A stretch of DNA of 58,908 nt. It comes from an uncultured Candidatus Saccharibacteria bacterium (GTDB taxonomy: Bacteria > Patescibacteriota > Minisyncoccia > JACPXH01). This document shows, piece after piece, positions 8,572 through 18,060 of the stretch. The translations under genes were made by a program, and so were the position numbers. The DNA is taken from the NCBI GenBank assembly GCA_964409225.1, contig CAYPCM010000003.1, forward strand, positions 1 to 58,908. The letters are read 5' to 3'. Position 1 is the first letter of the stretch. Each line of letters starts with the position of its first letter. The notes under the pieces were generated by a model. It saw only the letters and a program-made list of their open reading frames with translations, was not told the origin of the DNA and made no database searches.

Positions 8572-9062
8572 TCCGTGACTTCCAATGTGCCGCGCATGCC
8601 GCTGTGCCCGGAGCCGCAGAAGACCGTACAGGAAAAAGTGAAGGTGCCGACTTTGGAGGCCGTAAACTCAACCGTAGTTTCTGCGTTGGCCGACAGATTT
8701 GCGCTGACATCAAACTCCGGCAGTCCAAAGCCGTGAGTTACGTCAACGCTCGTGATGCGCAGCCGAACTCGTTCGCCTTTTTTAACGGTGATGGTATTTG
8801 GTTCAAACACAAACTGCCTGGCGATCATCGTAAACTCCCGCGTCACCAACTGTTCGTTTGCCGGTTGCGCCGAAACGTCTGTTCCTCCGGTTGATCCCGA
8901 AGGCATGCCCTCCGGAGCATTTCCGGACATTGGGTTAACCGGCGCAGATTCTGACTCACCCGGGGCAGATGGCGGCGCGGAAGCGGGACTGCTCCGCACA
9001 ATGAGTACCACGCCGACTGCCGCGACCACGACCAGTGCGACGACAATTAAAATCCGCTTCAT
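8568..9062 (-). CDS. Membrane-anchored cupredoxin with CuA-type site (COX2/NosZ-like domain)
   Basis: N-terminal TM, Pro/Ser-rich linker, DVTHGF and CTVFCGSGHSGM (H...CxxxCxxxHxxM). Start could be 9068. Confidence 0.85.
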   Translation of the reverse strand: MKRILIVVALVVVAAVGVVLIVRSSPASAPPSAPGESESAPVNPMSGNAPEGMPSGSTGGTDVSAQPANEQLVTREFTMIARQFVFEPNTITVKKGERVRLRITSVDVTHGFGLPEFDVSANLSANAETTVEFTASKVGTFTFSCTVFCGSGHSGMRGTLEVTE

Positions 9063-9079
9063 AGGCATTTTTTATTAGC

Positions 9080-9805
9080 TTATTTGCCAAGCTCTTCTTC
9101 AATTACGCGCGCAAAATCCTCGTACGGCCGCGCACCCACAATTATCCTGCCGTTGATAAAGACCGTGGGCGTTCCGGTTGCGCCGGCAAGTCGCGCATCG
9201 TCAGTGTCTTTCTCGACTTCGCTGCGATATTTCCTTGAGTCCAGGCAGCCATCGAACTTTGCGCTGTCCAGCTTCAGGTCGCGCGCGAATCGTTTGAGGT
9301 TGTCGTCTTTGAACGCGCCTTCGTTCTCGCCCGACTGATTAGTGAACAGCGCGTCGTGATATTCCCAAAATTTCCCCTGCTCAAAGGCGCACTGGGCCGC
9401 CTCGGCCGCGCGCAGGGACTCTTCACCGAGGAAGGCGAGATCGCGGTAGACAAACCGCACCTTGCCCGCTTTCACATAGTTCTCAACGATCTTGGGTTCT
9501 GTGTCGCGGAAAAAACGTCCGCAGAAAGGACACTGGAAATCGCTAAACTCGATGATCGTTACCTTCGCGTCTGCCGGGCCGAGCGTAGGATCGTCGTCCA
9601 CCGCAGGCGGTTGGGCTGCCGGCGGCGACAGCTCACCGTTCTGGCCGGTTTGCCCGGTTGGGGTTGCGGTCAATTGCCCGGGTCGCCCCTGCTGATTAGA
9701 CCAGAGAATAGCGCCGGCAATAATAATACCCGCAACCACAATCGCGGTTGGAACACCAAAAGAACGCCCCTCTCCTCCCCCTACAATTGGCTGGTCATCG
9801 GACAT
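9080..9805 (-). CDS. DsbA-family thiol-disulfide oxidoreductase, membrane anchored
   Basis: FSDFQCPFC and cis-Pro GTPT motifs; N-terminal TM. Confidence 0.92.
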   Translation of the reverse strand: MSDDQPIVGGGEGRSFGVPTAIVVAGIIIAGAILWSNQQGRPGQLTATPTGQTGQNGELSPPAAQPPAVDDDPTLGPADAKVTIIEFSDFQCPFCGRFFRDTEPKIVENYVKAGKVRFVYRDLAFLGEESLRAAEAAQCAFEQGKFWEYHDALFTNQSGENEGAFKDDNLKRFARDLKLDSAKFDGCLDSRKYRSEVEKDTDDARLAGATGTPTVFINGRIIVGARPYEDFARVIEEELGK

Positions 9806-9843
9806 ACACCGATCCTTTCGAAAGGCCTTAGAAATTATTCGCC

Positions 9844-9852
9844 ATTATAGCA
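9844..9852 (-). promoter_or_regulatory. Putative extended -10 promoter upstream of the dsbA operon
   Basis: Minus strand reads TGC-TATAAT, a perfect extended -10, about 40 nt upstream of the dsbA ATG. Confidence 0.6.
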
Positions 9853-9889
9853 TACTTTGTCAGCGGTACCCCAAGGGGCGCTTGAGACG

Positions 9890-12151
9890 CTACTTCTTAG
9901 CCGCGGTAGAACTCGCCTTAATGGCTTCGAGAAAGCGTTCGGCATCCTCGCGCAAACGCGGCTCGAGCTCGAGAGCTCGACTAAGTGCTTGTTCGGCCTT
10001 TTCAAACTCGCCAATTTCCTTGAGCACCGCCGCGAGCCGCGCCCAAGCGGTCGAATCGGCAGCGGTGACGCTGGTGAGGGCCAAGTATTTTTCAAGAATT
10101 TCAGCCATGCCTCGGTAATCTTTAATTTGACTCAAAACGAATAAATACCGGTTCAAACGCGCCGGGCTGTGCAAGGTGAAGCCCAACTCCTGGGCAAGTT
10201 GAAACTCCGCTTGCATGCGACCCAGATCTCCGGCAAAAGCATAGGCCGCGCCCAAGTTCCAATGCGCTTCGCCCACGTGCGGGGCCAGCGCAACCGCGCG
10301 CTCGATAAGTTCAGCGCCCTCGACGCCCCGACCTTGAGCAATTCGAGCTTGAGCCATGGCGTAGTAGACATGCGGCCGCGTGGGAGAGAGCCGACGCATC
10401 TCCTCGCCCAGAGCGACGGCGCGTTCGTATCGGGCCGGGTCGAATTCTGCGCCAATGTTCAAAAGCTCCATGAGTTGCAAACGATACTGGGCATCGTTTG
10501 GCACCTCACGCACGCTTGCTTCCATTGCGGTGATTGCCGCTTCGATGGCGTGGCGCCGATCGGGAGCTCCTTTCGGGACACCTCCGGCAAACTGCGCGAA
10601 CTGCGAACGCGTCTCGAAACGCTGATAGTCGCCGTAGCCGAGCACCTCCTCGAAGAGCGCGGTGGCACTCCCTACCACGTTCGCCTGTCCGGCCTTGATC
10701 GCCGTCGTGAGCGTAAGGTTTGCCGCAGCCGGACGGAATACAAAGACGATGAGTGCCGTGACCAGCACAACCCCGGCTGCCCCACCCAGCCACCCGGGGA
10801 TCCGACGCGGCGGCCGATCGGGTGCTGACCGAAGGTCCATGTCGCGGCGCGCCAGCCACGCGAGTACAAGCATGAACGGCAGGTAGCTTGCAAGCGTGTC
10901 GAACACGAACAGATTCTGGAGGAGGTATGCCGCCAGAAGTCCCCCGATGATCAATGCCAGCCAGCGATCAGCCGGGTTCGCTCGCGCCACACGCCTGAGA
11001 GTAAACGCTGCGGCGGCGAACATCGCGACATATGCCGCAAGCCCCGTAAGGCCGCTCGTGGTGCCCGCGTCGAAGACGATATTGTGCGCCCGATCAAACC
11101 AAATCTGCGAGCCCTCGTCGCGATAGATGGCGGTTGGAAAATGTTTGTTGAAGGGAATGTTGTAATTCTCGTATCCCCAACCAAACAGTAACCTCTCTTG
11201 CCAGCCGGCCCATGATGCGCGCCACGCCGCAAGGCGCGATTGGGTGGTGATATCGGCAGCCGAAATCGACACGAGCCGGCGCAACACCGCGTTTTCACGC
11301 ACCCATAGTTCCTCGCGACTTGCCCATACTATGCCAGTCAAAATTGCGAGCCCCGCAAGTACGCCGAGTGCGCCGTAACGGACTGAACGCCGAGGCGCTT
11401 TAAACAACGCGCAAAAAAGCAACGCGACTGAAACCACACCGAAAGCCAAAATGGCGCCGCGGGTGGCTGTGCCTAAAAGTGCCGCAAAAAGCATCAGCCA
11501 CGCCGCGCCGTACATTATCCGCCGCCATAATTCTGACCTTCTTATGAAAAGATAAGCTAAAAACGCAAGCTGGAACAAAAGGTACGCCGCAAAAAAACTC
11601 GGGTTGCCCACTGTGCTTGAAAACCGGCTACCGGTAGTGCTGGAAGCAACGAAAAAGGCACCCGCCGCTTGAGCAAAGGCCAAAAGCGTAATGAGCACTG
11701 CCGCGCCCACCGACACCTCCATCACGCGCCACCAATCTTTTTCACGCCTGTTCAAACTCGCGAGCATGACCACGAAAAGCGCAAGGTGCAACAGCATAAG
11801 CACTCCTTCGCCGCGTTCGACATTGCCCCAGAAGCTCCGCTCGGGATTGACGCCGAAGATGCTGGTCGTGATAACGACTACAAGATACGCCCCGCCTGTC
11901 CACCATAGGAGCGACCGGCGCGGACGGTACGCGGGATACCGGATGATGACAAGCAGGTATAAGAACGCCGCTACCTCAATGAGCAACCGGACGTAGAGGG
12001 TCTTCGTCGTGATGAACGGAAAAAAGAAGCGGCTGTTGACGAACAGCGGCGCCACGAATACTGCCGCAAGCAACCAATGCACAAATTTCTTAAGCCCCGG
12101 CTCGGCCATGACTGGGGCTGTCTCCCAATGTTGGCGGTGGTATTTAGCCAT
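9890..12151 (-). CDS. O-antigen ligase/PglL-like (Wzy_C) membrane protein with C-terminal TPR repeats
   Basis: About 12 TMs; STVGNPSFFAAY, TATRGA, SRL..W..SW and GWGYENY...DRAHN motifs; TPR-like C-terminus. Start at MAKYH (12151), overlapping the upstream GT stop. Confidence 0.85.
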   Translation of the reverse strand: MAKYHRQHWETAPVMAEPGLKKFVHWLLAAVFVAPLFVNSRFFFPFITTKTLYVRLLIEVAAFLYLLVIIRYPAYRPRRSLLWWTGGAYLVVVITTSIFGVNPERSFWGNVERGEGVLMLLHLALFVVMLASLNRREKDWWRVMEVSVGAAVLITLLAFAQAAGAFFVASSTTGSRFSSTVGNPSFFAAYLLFQLAFLAYLFIRRSELWRRIMYGAAWLMLFAALLGTATRGAILAFGVVSVALLFCALFKAPRRSVRYGALGVLAGLAILTGIVWASREELWVRENAVLRRLVSISAADITTQSRLAAWRASWAGWQERLLFGWGYENYNIPFNKHFPTAIYRDEGSQIWFDRAHNIVFDAGTTSGLTGLAAYVAMFAAAAFTLRRVARANPADRWLALIIGGLLAAYLLQNLFVFDTLASYLPFMLVLAWLARRDMDLRSAPDRPPRRIPGWLGGAAGVVLVTALIVFVFRPAAANLTLTTAIKAGQANVVGSATALFEEVLGYGDYQRFETRSQFAQFAGGVPKGAPDRRHAIEAAITAMEASVREVPNDAQYRLQLMELLNIGAEFDPARYERAVALGEEMRRLSPTRPHVYYAMAQARIAQGRGVEGAELIERAVALAPHVGEAHWNLGAAYAFAGDLGRMQAEFQLAQELGFTLHSPARLNRYLFVLSQIKDYRGMAEILEKYLALTSVTAADSTAWARLAAVLKEIGEFEKAEQALSRALELEPRLREDAERFLEAIKASSTAAKK

Positions 12152-13400
12152 GCAGAGCAAGTGCGTAATGTTTCTCGAGTGTATCGAGATACTGAGTAAG
12201 AGAAAACTGTGACCGAACGCGCGCGAGACCGGCACGACCAAAGACCTGGGCTCGCTCTGCATCCAAGAGAAGCTCGCGCAGACAGTCGGCGAGGGAGGAA
12301 ACGTCGAAAGGATTAACAATGAAACCGGTTTCTCCATGCACCACTGCCTCGCGACTCCCGCCGAAACAGGTGGCCACGACCGGTTTTGCGGCGGCCATGG
12401 CTTCAAGGACAACATTAGGAAACGAATCGAACACGATCGAAGGCACCGCGACCACATCCGCGACGCCATAGGCGGCGCGGATCTCTAGTGGTGTGAGCCA
12501 ACCAGTGACGCACACGTGCGCGCCGAGCTGCTGGCGCCTCGCTTGAGCGAGAAACGTCTCGCCATAGCCGGTTCGCTCGCCCGCGACAAGCAGTGCGGTC
12601 TGGGGTATGTCTTTGATAATGAGCGCTAGCGCTTCGAGGAGTTGCTTGGCTCCCTTGTCGCTACGCAACCGACCAGCCCACAGAATCACTTTTTTGCCGG
12701 CCAGTCCGAAGCGTTCTCGGAAAGCCGCGACTTCCGCCGGGGCAGACTGCCAAAGGCTTGCATCAATACCGTTATGTATAGTTTCAGTATTAGTAAAACT
12801 ATTTTGCCGAAGCGCTTCACGCAAGGCATCGCTGACCGGAAATATACGGCGAACACACGTAAGCGCTCGGCGAATGAAAAATCGCCGCAAGGGGTTGAAC
12901 TCGAGACGCGCTGCCCGCATCACTTCGTACCAGCGCGTCCGGTAATCAAAGTCGTCTCGTACGCGCAGATTGCCTGGCTGTAGGTACCGATGGGTGCCGA
13001 GCCGACCATAATAGAAAAGCCCCACATCATGAGTGGTCAAAAAGACGCCCTTCGCAAACCGTCGCGCGACCGCGAGAGCCGCATACGACAAATCTAGGTG
13101 GATATTGTGAGCGTGAACGATATCCGGTCGATACTCTGCCAGTAGACGCTTGAGATGCGGAATGGTCTGGTAGTTATAAAGGTTGAAGTAATAGCGGAGC
13201 GACTGCGGATAGCGCGAACGCAGTTCGTGAATAACGAAGCCATCAACACGCATTGGCTCCGGCGCGCCCTCGCGAGAGGCCCGGATTAAAATCACGCGCC
13301 AGCCGCGTCCGGCCAAGCCTCGGGCGTGTTCATGGGCGATCGCCGCGGCCCCACCCAATTCGCGGCTCGCCCGATCAGCGAGCAGACACAATGTCGGCAT
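12144..13400 (-). CDS. Glycosyltransferase family 4
   Basis: HAHN, GRL...KG and DSFPNVVLEAMAAAKPVV GT-B motifs. Start at MPTLC (13400). Confidence 0.9.
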   Translation of the reverse strand: MPTLCLLADRASRELGGAAAIAHEHARGLAGRGWRVILIRASREGAPEPMRVDGFVIHELRSRYPQSLRYYFNLYNYQTIPHLKRLLAEYRPDIVHAHNIHLDLSYAALAVARRFAKGVFLTTHDVGLFYYGRLGTHRYLQPGNLRVRDDFDYRTRWYEVMRAARLEFNPLRRFFIRRALTCVRRIFPVSDALREALRQNSFTNTETIHNGIDASLWQSAPAEVAAFRERFGLAGKKVILWAGRLRSDKGAKQLLEALALIIKDIPQTALLVAGERTGYGETFLAQARRQQLGAHVCVTGWLTPLEIRAAYGVADVVAVPSIVFDSFPNVVLEAMAAAKPVVATCFGGSREAVVHGETGFIVNPFDVSSLADCLRELLLDAERAQVFGRAGLARVRSQFSLTQYLDTLEKHYALALHG

Positions 13401-15129
13401 GGCTTTCCCGCACGGTGATAAAGGGTCCCAATACGAGCACGTCGAGGCGGCCATCAAGAAAGGCTCGCACCGCATCAGTGGGAGTGCAAACAATGGGCTC
13501 TTCGTGCATATTGAAGCTCGTGTTGATCAAGCTTGGCAACCCGGTGAGTCGTTCATACTCTTTAAGAATATCGTAGTAGAGAGAATCGATCTCACGACTG
13601 ATGAGCTGGGGCCGGGCGGTACCGTCAACGTGGACCGCGGCGGACATGTGCCGACGCATATACGGCTTCGCCCGAACAGCAATGGTCATAAATTCTGCTG
13701 CATGTCGACATTTCGATAAACCCTCGTAACACTCTTCAGCTCGTTCAGCGAGTGTCACGGGCGCAAACGGCATGAATTCGGTACGCCGCAGGCGCTGGTT
13801 GAGCCAATCATTAACCTTGGGATCGGTGGCGGGGTACAGAATGGAGCGATGCCCGAGCGCGCGAGGACCGTACTCCATTCGTCCTTGGAAGAGCGCCACC
13901 ACCTTCCCCGCCTGCAGTAACTCGGCAATTTCTCTGGCAGGATCAGTGAGGGTACGGTACGGCAGACCGGCGCGCTCAAAAGCATCGTGCAGCTCGCGCT
14001 CGCTGAAGGCAGGACCGAGGTACACGTTTTTCAGCGCCCGGGGCTCCGTATTGCGCGAGGCCTCGGCGCATGCTTGCAGGGCCGCGCCTAGCGCTTCCCC
14101 CATGTCGCCCATGCCCGGGTGCACAAAGATCTGCCGTACTGACGCAAGCTCCGCAATTAGCATGTTGAGTTTGACGTTCGCAAACACTCCGCCGGCCAGC
14201 GCCACGCGCTCAAGCGAAAATTCTCGCCCATACTCCTTGAATACGCCAAGAACCACCTCTTCGAGCCGCTTCTGGAAAGCCGCAGCCACATCTTCTCGGC
14301 TGAACTGACAGAAGGGCGGAGGTGTGCCGCGATAAAGGAAATGCGCATCAGCGAGAACAAAAAGCTCTGGGGAAACCCGCACCGATCTCCCCTCCTGCCA
14401 GACGAGTCGCGATACCTCTCGGTGGCACGCTTGCGAATCACCAAAAGCGGCGAGGCCCGTAATCTTACCGCCGTGTTTTTTGGGATGGAACCCAAGGATA
14501 CGCGTGACCACCTCGTAGTAACGACCAAGGCTATGGGGCAACGGAATCTCGCCTACTTTCCTCAAGCCTCCGGCCTCACCCCACCAAAAAGAAGCGGTGT
14601 TGGTGAAACTGGAACCCTCAATTACGGCCACGAAGCATTCGGGGAAGCCGGAGGTGTAGTAGGCCGTGGCCGCATGCGCCAAGTCGTGGGCGACGAACAC
14701 AACCCTCCCCCGGAAGCCATTACGGCGCAGGTGCGCGAGCAACCGGTGCAAGCCCCGGTTCGCGCGCGCACAACCGAAGATCGCGGCGATGCCGCTTTGC
14801 CGAAGCAGCCGACCGAAACTAAAGGACCGGGGCGAAAAACAAGAACGCAGGTACCGCCCCCGCGTCACCCACGCACGCTCAGCCTGCTGCCGGAAGCACC
14901 ACCAGTACTTGGCGAACCCCGGCCGCAAGCCGGACAGTGCCACCAGGTCAATCTGGGCTGGCGAGAGATTCGCCATTTCAAGCGCCGCGACAACGGACCG
15001 GAACGGCACCGCATCATCCATCTTCTTACGGCTCAGGCGTTCTTCGTTGATGGCCGCGAGGATGTGACCGTCCCGTACGATCGCTGCCCCACTATCGTGG
15101 GAATCGTATTGGATACCGAGAACAGTCAT
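13375..15129 (-). CDS. O-carbamoyltransferase (NodU/CmcH/TobZ family)
   Basis: HDSGAA, HDLAHAA, GRMEYGPRALGHRSIL, FMPFAP, HVDGTARPQ and NTSFN motifs. Confidence 0.93.
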   Translation of the reverse strand: MTVLGIQYDSHDSGAAIVRDGHILAAINEERLSRKKMDDAVPFRSVVAALEMANLSPAQIDLVALSGLRPGFAKYWWCFRQQAERAWVTRGRYLRSCFSPRSFSFGRLLRQSGIAAIFGCARANRGLHRLLAHLRRNGFRGRVVFVAHDLAHAATAYYTSGFPECFVAVIEGSSFTNTASFWWGEAGGLRKVGEIPLPHSLGRYYEVVTRILGFHPKKHGGKITGLAAFGDSQACHREVSRLVWQEGRSVRVSPELFVLADAHFLYRGTPPPFCQFSREDVAAAFQKRLEEVVLGVFKEYGREFSLERVALAGGVFANVKLNMLIAELASVRQIFVHPGMGDMGEALGAALQACAEASRNTEPRALKNVYLGPAFSERELHDAFERAGLPYRTLTDPAREIAELLQAGKVVALFQGRMEYGPRALGHRSILYPATDPKVNDWLNQRLRRTEFMPFAPVTLAERAEECYEGLSKCRHAAEFMTIAVRAKPYMRRHMSAAVHVDGTARPQLISREIDSLYYDILKEYERLTGLPSLINTSFNMHEEPIVCTPTDAVRAFLDGRLDVLVLGPFITVRESHADIVSAR

Positions 15130-15159
15130 GCAACGCACCACCTACGGTCGTATCGCGCC

Positions 15160-16098
15160 TCAGGACTTAATATTTACCGTGCGACTGATCAGGTACATCG
15201 GTCGCCGTTTCGATTCTTCAAAAATCCGACCGATGTACTCCGCCAAGAAACTCAAACACAAGAGCTGTACGCCGGAGAAGAACAGAACCGTAAGGATGAG
15301 GGTGGGGAAACCTGGAATTTGCCGCGTGAAGAAATACGCAATGAAATAAAAGAGCAGCCCCGCGAAGCTAAGCCCCACGGTGACCATGGCAAGGTACGAG
15401 ATAAACTCAAGCGGTGCATACGAGAATGAAAAAATAGCGAGCTTGGCCCACCGGATGTTCCTCAAAAGGTTGTTCGTGCTACGGCCGCTATAACGCGCAT
15501 CGCGCACGTAGGGTACGCCGGTCTGCCGAAATCCCACCCACGCGCGCAAACCCCGCATGAAGCGATCGCGCTCTGAAAAAAGTTTCATGGCCTCAACCAC
15601 TTTCCGATCGAGCAGCGCGAACTCGCCGGCATCCAAGGGGATGGGCACATACGACAGCGCCCGAAAGAGCCGATAGAAGAGCTTAAAGGCGATGCGCCGA
15701 AAGAGTGTTTCGCGACGCTTCGTGCGCACACCGTAAACCACTTCGTACCCTTCTTGCCATTTCGGAATGAAATCCATAATGAGTTCGGGTGGATCCTGCA
15801 GGTCGCCGTCCATCAACACCACCCCATCGCCGGTCGCATGATCGAGCCCGCAGGTGAAAACGCGATGGATGCCGAAGTTGCGCGAAAAACAAATCACCTT
15901 GAGGCGCGTATCAGTAGCTGCAAGTCTCTCCAGCACTGCCTGCGAGTTGTCGGGGCTCGCGTCGTTGACGTAGATCACCTCCCAGTGGGGGGTGACCCGC
16001 TCGAGGGCAGCCGAAAGTCGCTCCCAGAGAATTGGGATGATGTGCTCCTCCTGGTAGCAGGGTACGATGACGGTGATTTTCTTGTCAGTGAGAAGCAT
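15160..16098 (-). CDS. GT2 polyprenol-phosphate glycosyltransferase (GtrB type, two C-terminal TMs)
   Basis: VNDASPD, SRNFG, MDGDLQDPPE and RAWVGF motifs. Confidence 0.9.
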   Translation of the reverse strand: MLLTDKKITVIVPCYQEEHIIPILWERLSAALERVTPHWEVIYVNDASPDNSQAVLERLAATDTRLKVICFSRNFGIHRVFTCGLDHATGDGVVLMDGDLQDPPELIMDFIPKWQEGYEVVYGVRTKRRETLFRRIAFKLFYRLFRALSYVPIPLDAGEFALLDRKVVEAMKLFSERDRFMRGLRAWVGFRQTGVPYVRDARYSGRSTNNLLRNIRWAKLAIFSFSYAPLEFISYLAMVTVGLSFAGLLFYFIAYFFTRQIPGFPTLILTVLFFSGVQLLCLSFLAEYIGRIFEESKRRPMYLISRTVNIKS

Positions 16099-16195
16099 AA
16101 TGGCAACTCAAGTATCCCTTGCCCAATGAGGCCTACGAACTCTCCCTACTTGCTTACCGGCAAACAGAGCTCGGCAGCGCTGCTCGGAACATAAC

Positions 16196-17101
16196 TCAAG
16201 AAAAAGGCTTTTGCGCGATAAACCTCATATTACCAACCGGCATGGTGATCGGCAAGGCGGCAAGACCACTGAAACGGAGCAAGCGCTGAACCCAGGCAGG
16301 CAGCGAGGCGGCCTGGACAATGTAGCCCAGCCGAAACGTATTCCAGAGAGGCCCGACCGACTGCACCGAAAAACCTGCGCGCCCGAGCACCAGACGAATC
16401 GTGTGTCGGTCAAAGAGATAGATGTGCTGAATATCGTATGCGAGCGAACCTTCGCCCCAGAGCCGATGCGGCCAGGCGGCTAGGTCATGCGTGATGCCGT
16501 AGATGAATCCGCTGGGTTTGAGCGCTCTCCAGCATGCCTCGAGGAACGCGAGGGGTTCGAGCAGGTGGTCGAACACGTGGAAAAAGCAGATGAGATCGGC
16601 GCTGGCTGCCGAAACGGACACCGATTCAAACATGGCGGCCTCAAGACACCCCGCGATACGGGGGTCAGCCCGGGAGATCGCTTCGCGACTCGGTTCGTAG
16701 CCGACCAAGTTCTGCCAACCACGGTCACGCAATGCTTTTAGAAAAAAACCGTTGCCGCAACCGACTTCGATGATATGTGCAGTGCGCGGCAATTGAGCGA
16801 AGATGGCACCTCCTGCCTCGAGATACGTCGAGGCGAGGTGCGCCGATTCATCTCCGTAAACAAAGGGGCTCTCGACGTAGAGCTCCCCAATGGTCGCTGG
16901 ATCGAACACTGGATCAGAGCGCACGAGGCCACACTTTCGACAGCGCACAATTCGGTAATGGAAACGCCGGTGCGCCTTGCGGGCTGAAAAGTCAGCGGCA
17001 CGGGCTCGCCCGCCGTGCGTGGCCGGAAATAGTTCCTCTGTCGGAACGCCTGGACCGCACAGCAGGCACGAGGTCGAGATGAACTGGGGACTCAACGTCA
17101 C
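16196..17101 (-). CDS. Class I SAM-dependent methyltransferase with N-terminal CxxC...CxxC Zn motif
   Basis: CLLC, CRKC, EVGCGNG and FHVFDH motifs. GTG start at 17101 inferred just after the upstream stop. Confidence 0.8.
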   Translation of the reverse strand: MTLSPQFISTSCLLCGPGVPTEELFPATHGGRARAADFSARKAHRRFHYRIVRCRKCGLVRSDPVFDPATIGELYVESPFVYGDESAHLASTYLEAGGAIFAQLPRTAHIIEVGCGNGFFLKALRDRGWQNLVGYEPSREAISRADPRIAGCLEAAMFESVSVSAASADLICFFHVFDHLLEPLAFLEACWRALKPSGFIYGITHDLAAWPHRLWGEGSLAYDIQHIYLFDRHTIRLVLGRAGFSVQSVGPLWNTFRLGYIVQAASLPAWVQRLLRFSGLAALPITMPVGNMRFIAQKPFS

Positions 17102-17102
17102 A

Positions 17103-18059
17103 CTATTCAAGGTACGCGGGGTAGTCCCGCAGGTGCTCGGCGAACCAATGGTAGGTCGCCTCAAGGCCTGTCTCAAACGTGATCTTGGAACGCCAGCCGA
17201 GGCGCTCGGCAGCAAGGGTTGTATCGGCTACCCAGAGCGGCGTATCCCACTTATTGGGTGGTTTGGCGCCCCACCGAAGCGGCAGAGCTTTGCCGCAGAT
17301 TCGCTCGACGATCGTCGTCACCTCGGCGAGTGAATGCTGCACGCCGGTGCCCACGTTGTAAACCGCACCCGCATGCCGAGTTGGGTCGCGCAGGCAGGCC
17401 TCGATCGCCGCGATCACATCGGGAACCGCAATGAAGTCACGTTTCGTCTCGGGATTCGAAAGATTGATGGGTGTACCGACCAACGCCGCTCGCATGAGTC
17501 GCGGGATGAGACGCCGGGGCTGCTCGAAGGGACCGTAGACCCCAAAGAACCGCAGGGTCACGAGCGGCAATCCGAAAAACCGCGCGGCGTACTGCCCATA
17601 GAGCGTTTGGGCGTGCTTAGCCACTCCGTGCGCGCTCGTTGGATTTGGCAACAAGTCCTCGCGCATGGGCACCTCTTGGAAGCCGTACTCCGAAGAACTG
17701 CCGGCATTGATGACGGCCCGTAAGTTGGGCAGACCCCGAACTGCGGCCACGAGATGAACGAGCGGCAGGATCGTATGCGTGAACACTGCGGCTTCATCCC
17801 GTTCGTCAGGGAGCGCCGCATGCGCCGCCAGATGCATAACCACAGTCGGCTGGACCCTAGCCACAACGGTACGTACCGCCGCGCCGTCAACCAGGTCAAC
17901 CGCATGGACTCTCGCGCCTGCTACACCCTTAAGGCGCCAGATGTTCTCCGGCGTACGCACGAACGCATGGACCTCGTGGTCCTCGCGGACAAAGTGCCGG
18001 ACAACATTGGCTCCGATGAAACCGTTGGCGCCGGTGACGAGTATGCGTTCGGCCACCAT
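17103..18059 (-). CDS. NAD-dependent epimerase/dehydratase (extended SDR); catalytic YxxxK reads HxxxK
   Basis: GANGFIG, GSSSEYG and SAHGVAK. Start at MVAER (18059). Confidence 0.88.
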   Translation of the reverse strand: MVAERILVTGANGFIGANVVRHFVREDHEVHAFVRTPENIWRLKGVAGARVHAVDLVDGAAVRTVVARVQPTVVMHLAAHAALPDERDEAAVFTHTILPLVHLVAAVRGLPNLRAVINAGSSSEYGFQEVPMREDLLPNPTSAHGVAKHAQTLYGQYAARFFGLPLVTLRFFGVYGPFEQPRRLIPRLMRAALVGTPINLSNPETKRDFIAVPDVIAAIEACLRDPTRHAGAVYNVGTGVQHSLAEVTTIVERICGKALPLRWGAKPPNKWDTPLWVADTTLAAERLGWRSKITFETGLEATYHWFAEHLRDYPAYLE

Positions 18060-18060
18060 G

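Noticed and set aside
14341-15429. Long antisense ORFs (for example 14341-15429, 29638-30480, 32094-32996, 57856-58746)
   Set aside because: They lie opposite well-supported genes in GC-rich DNA and show no recognisable motifs, so they are shadow ORFs.
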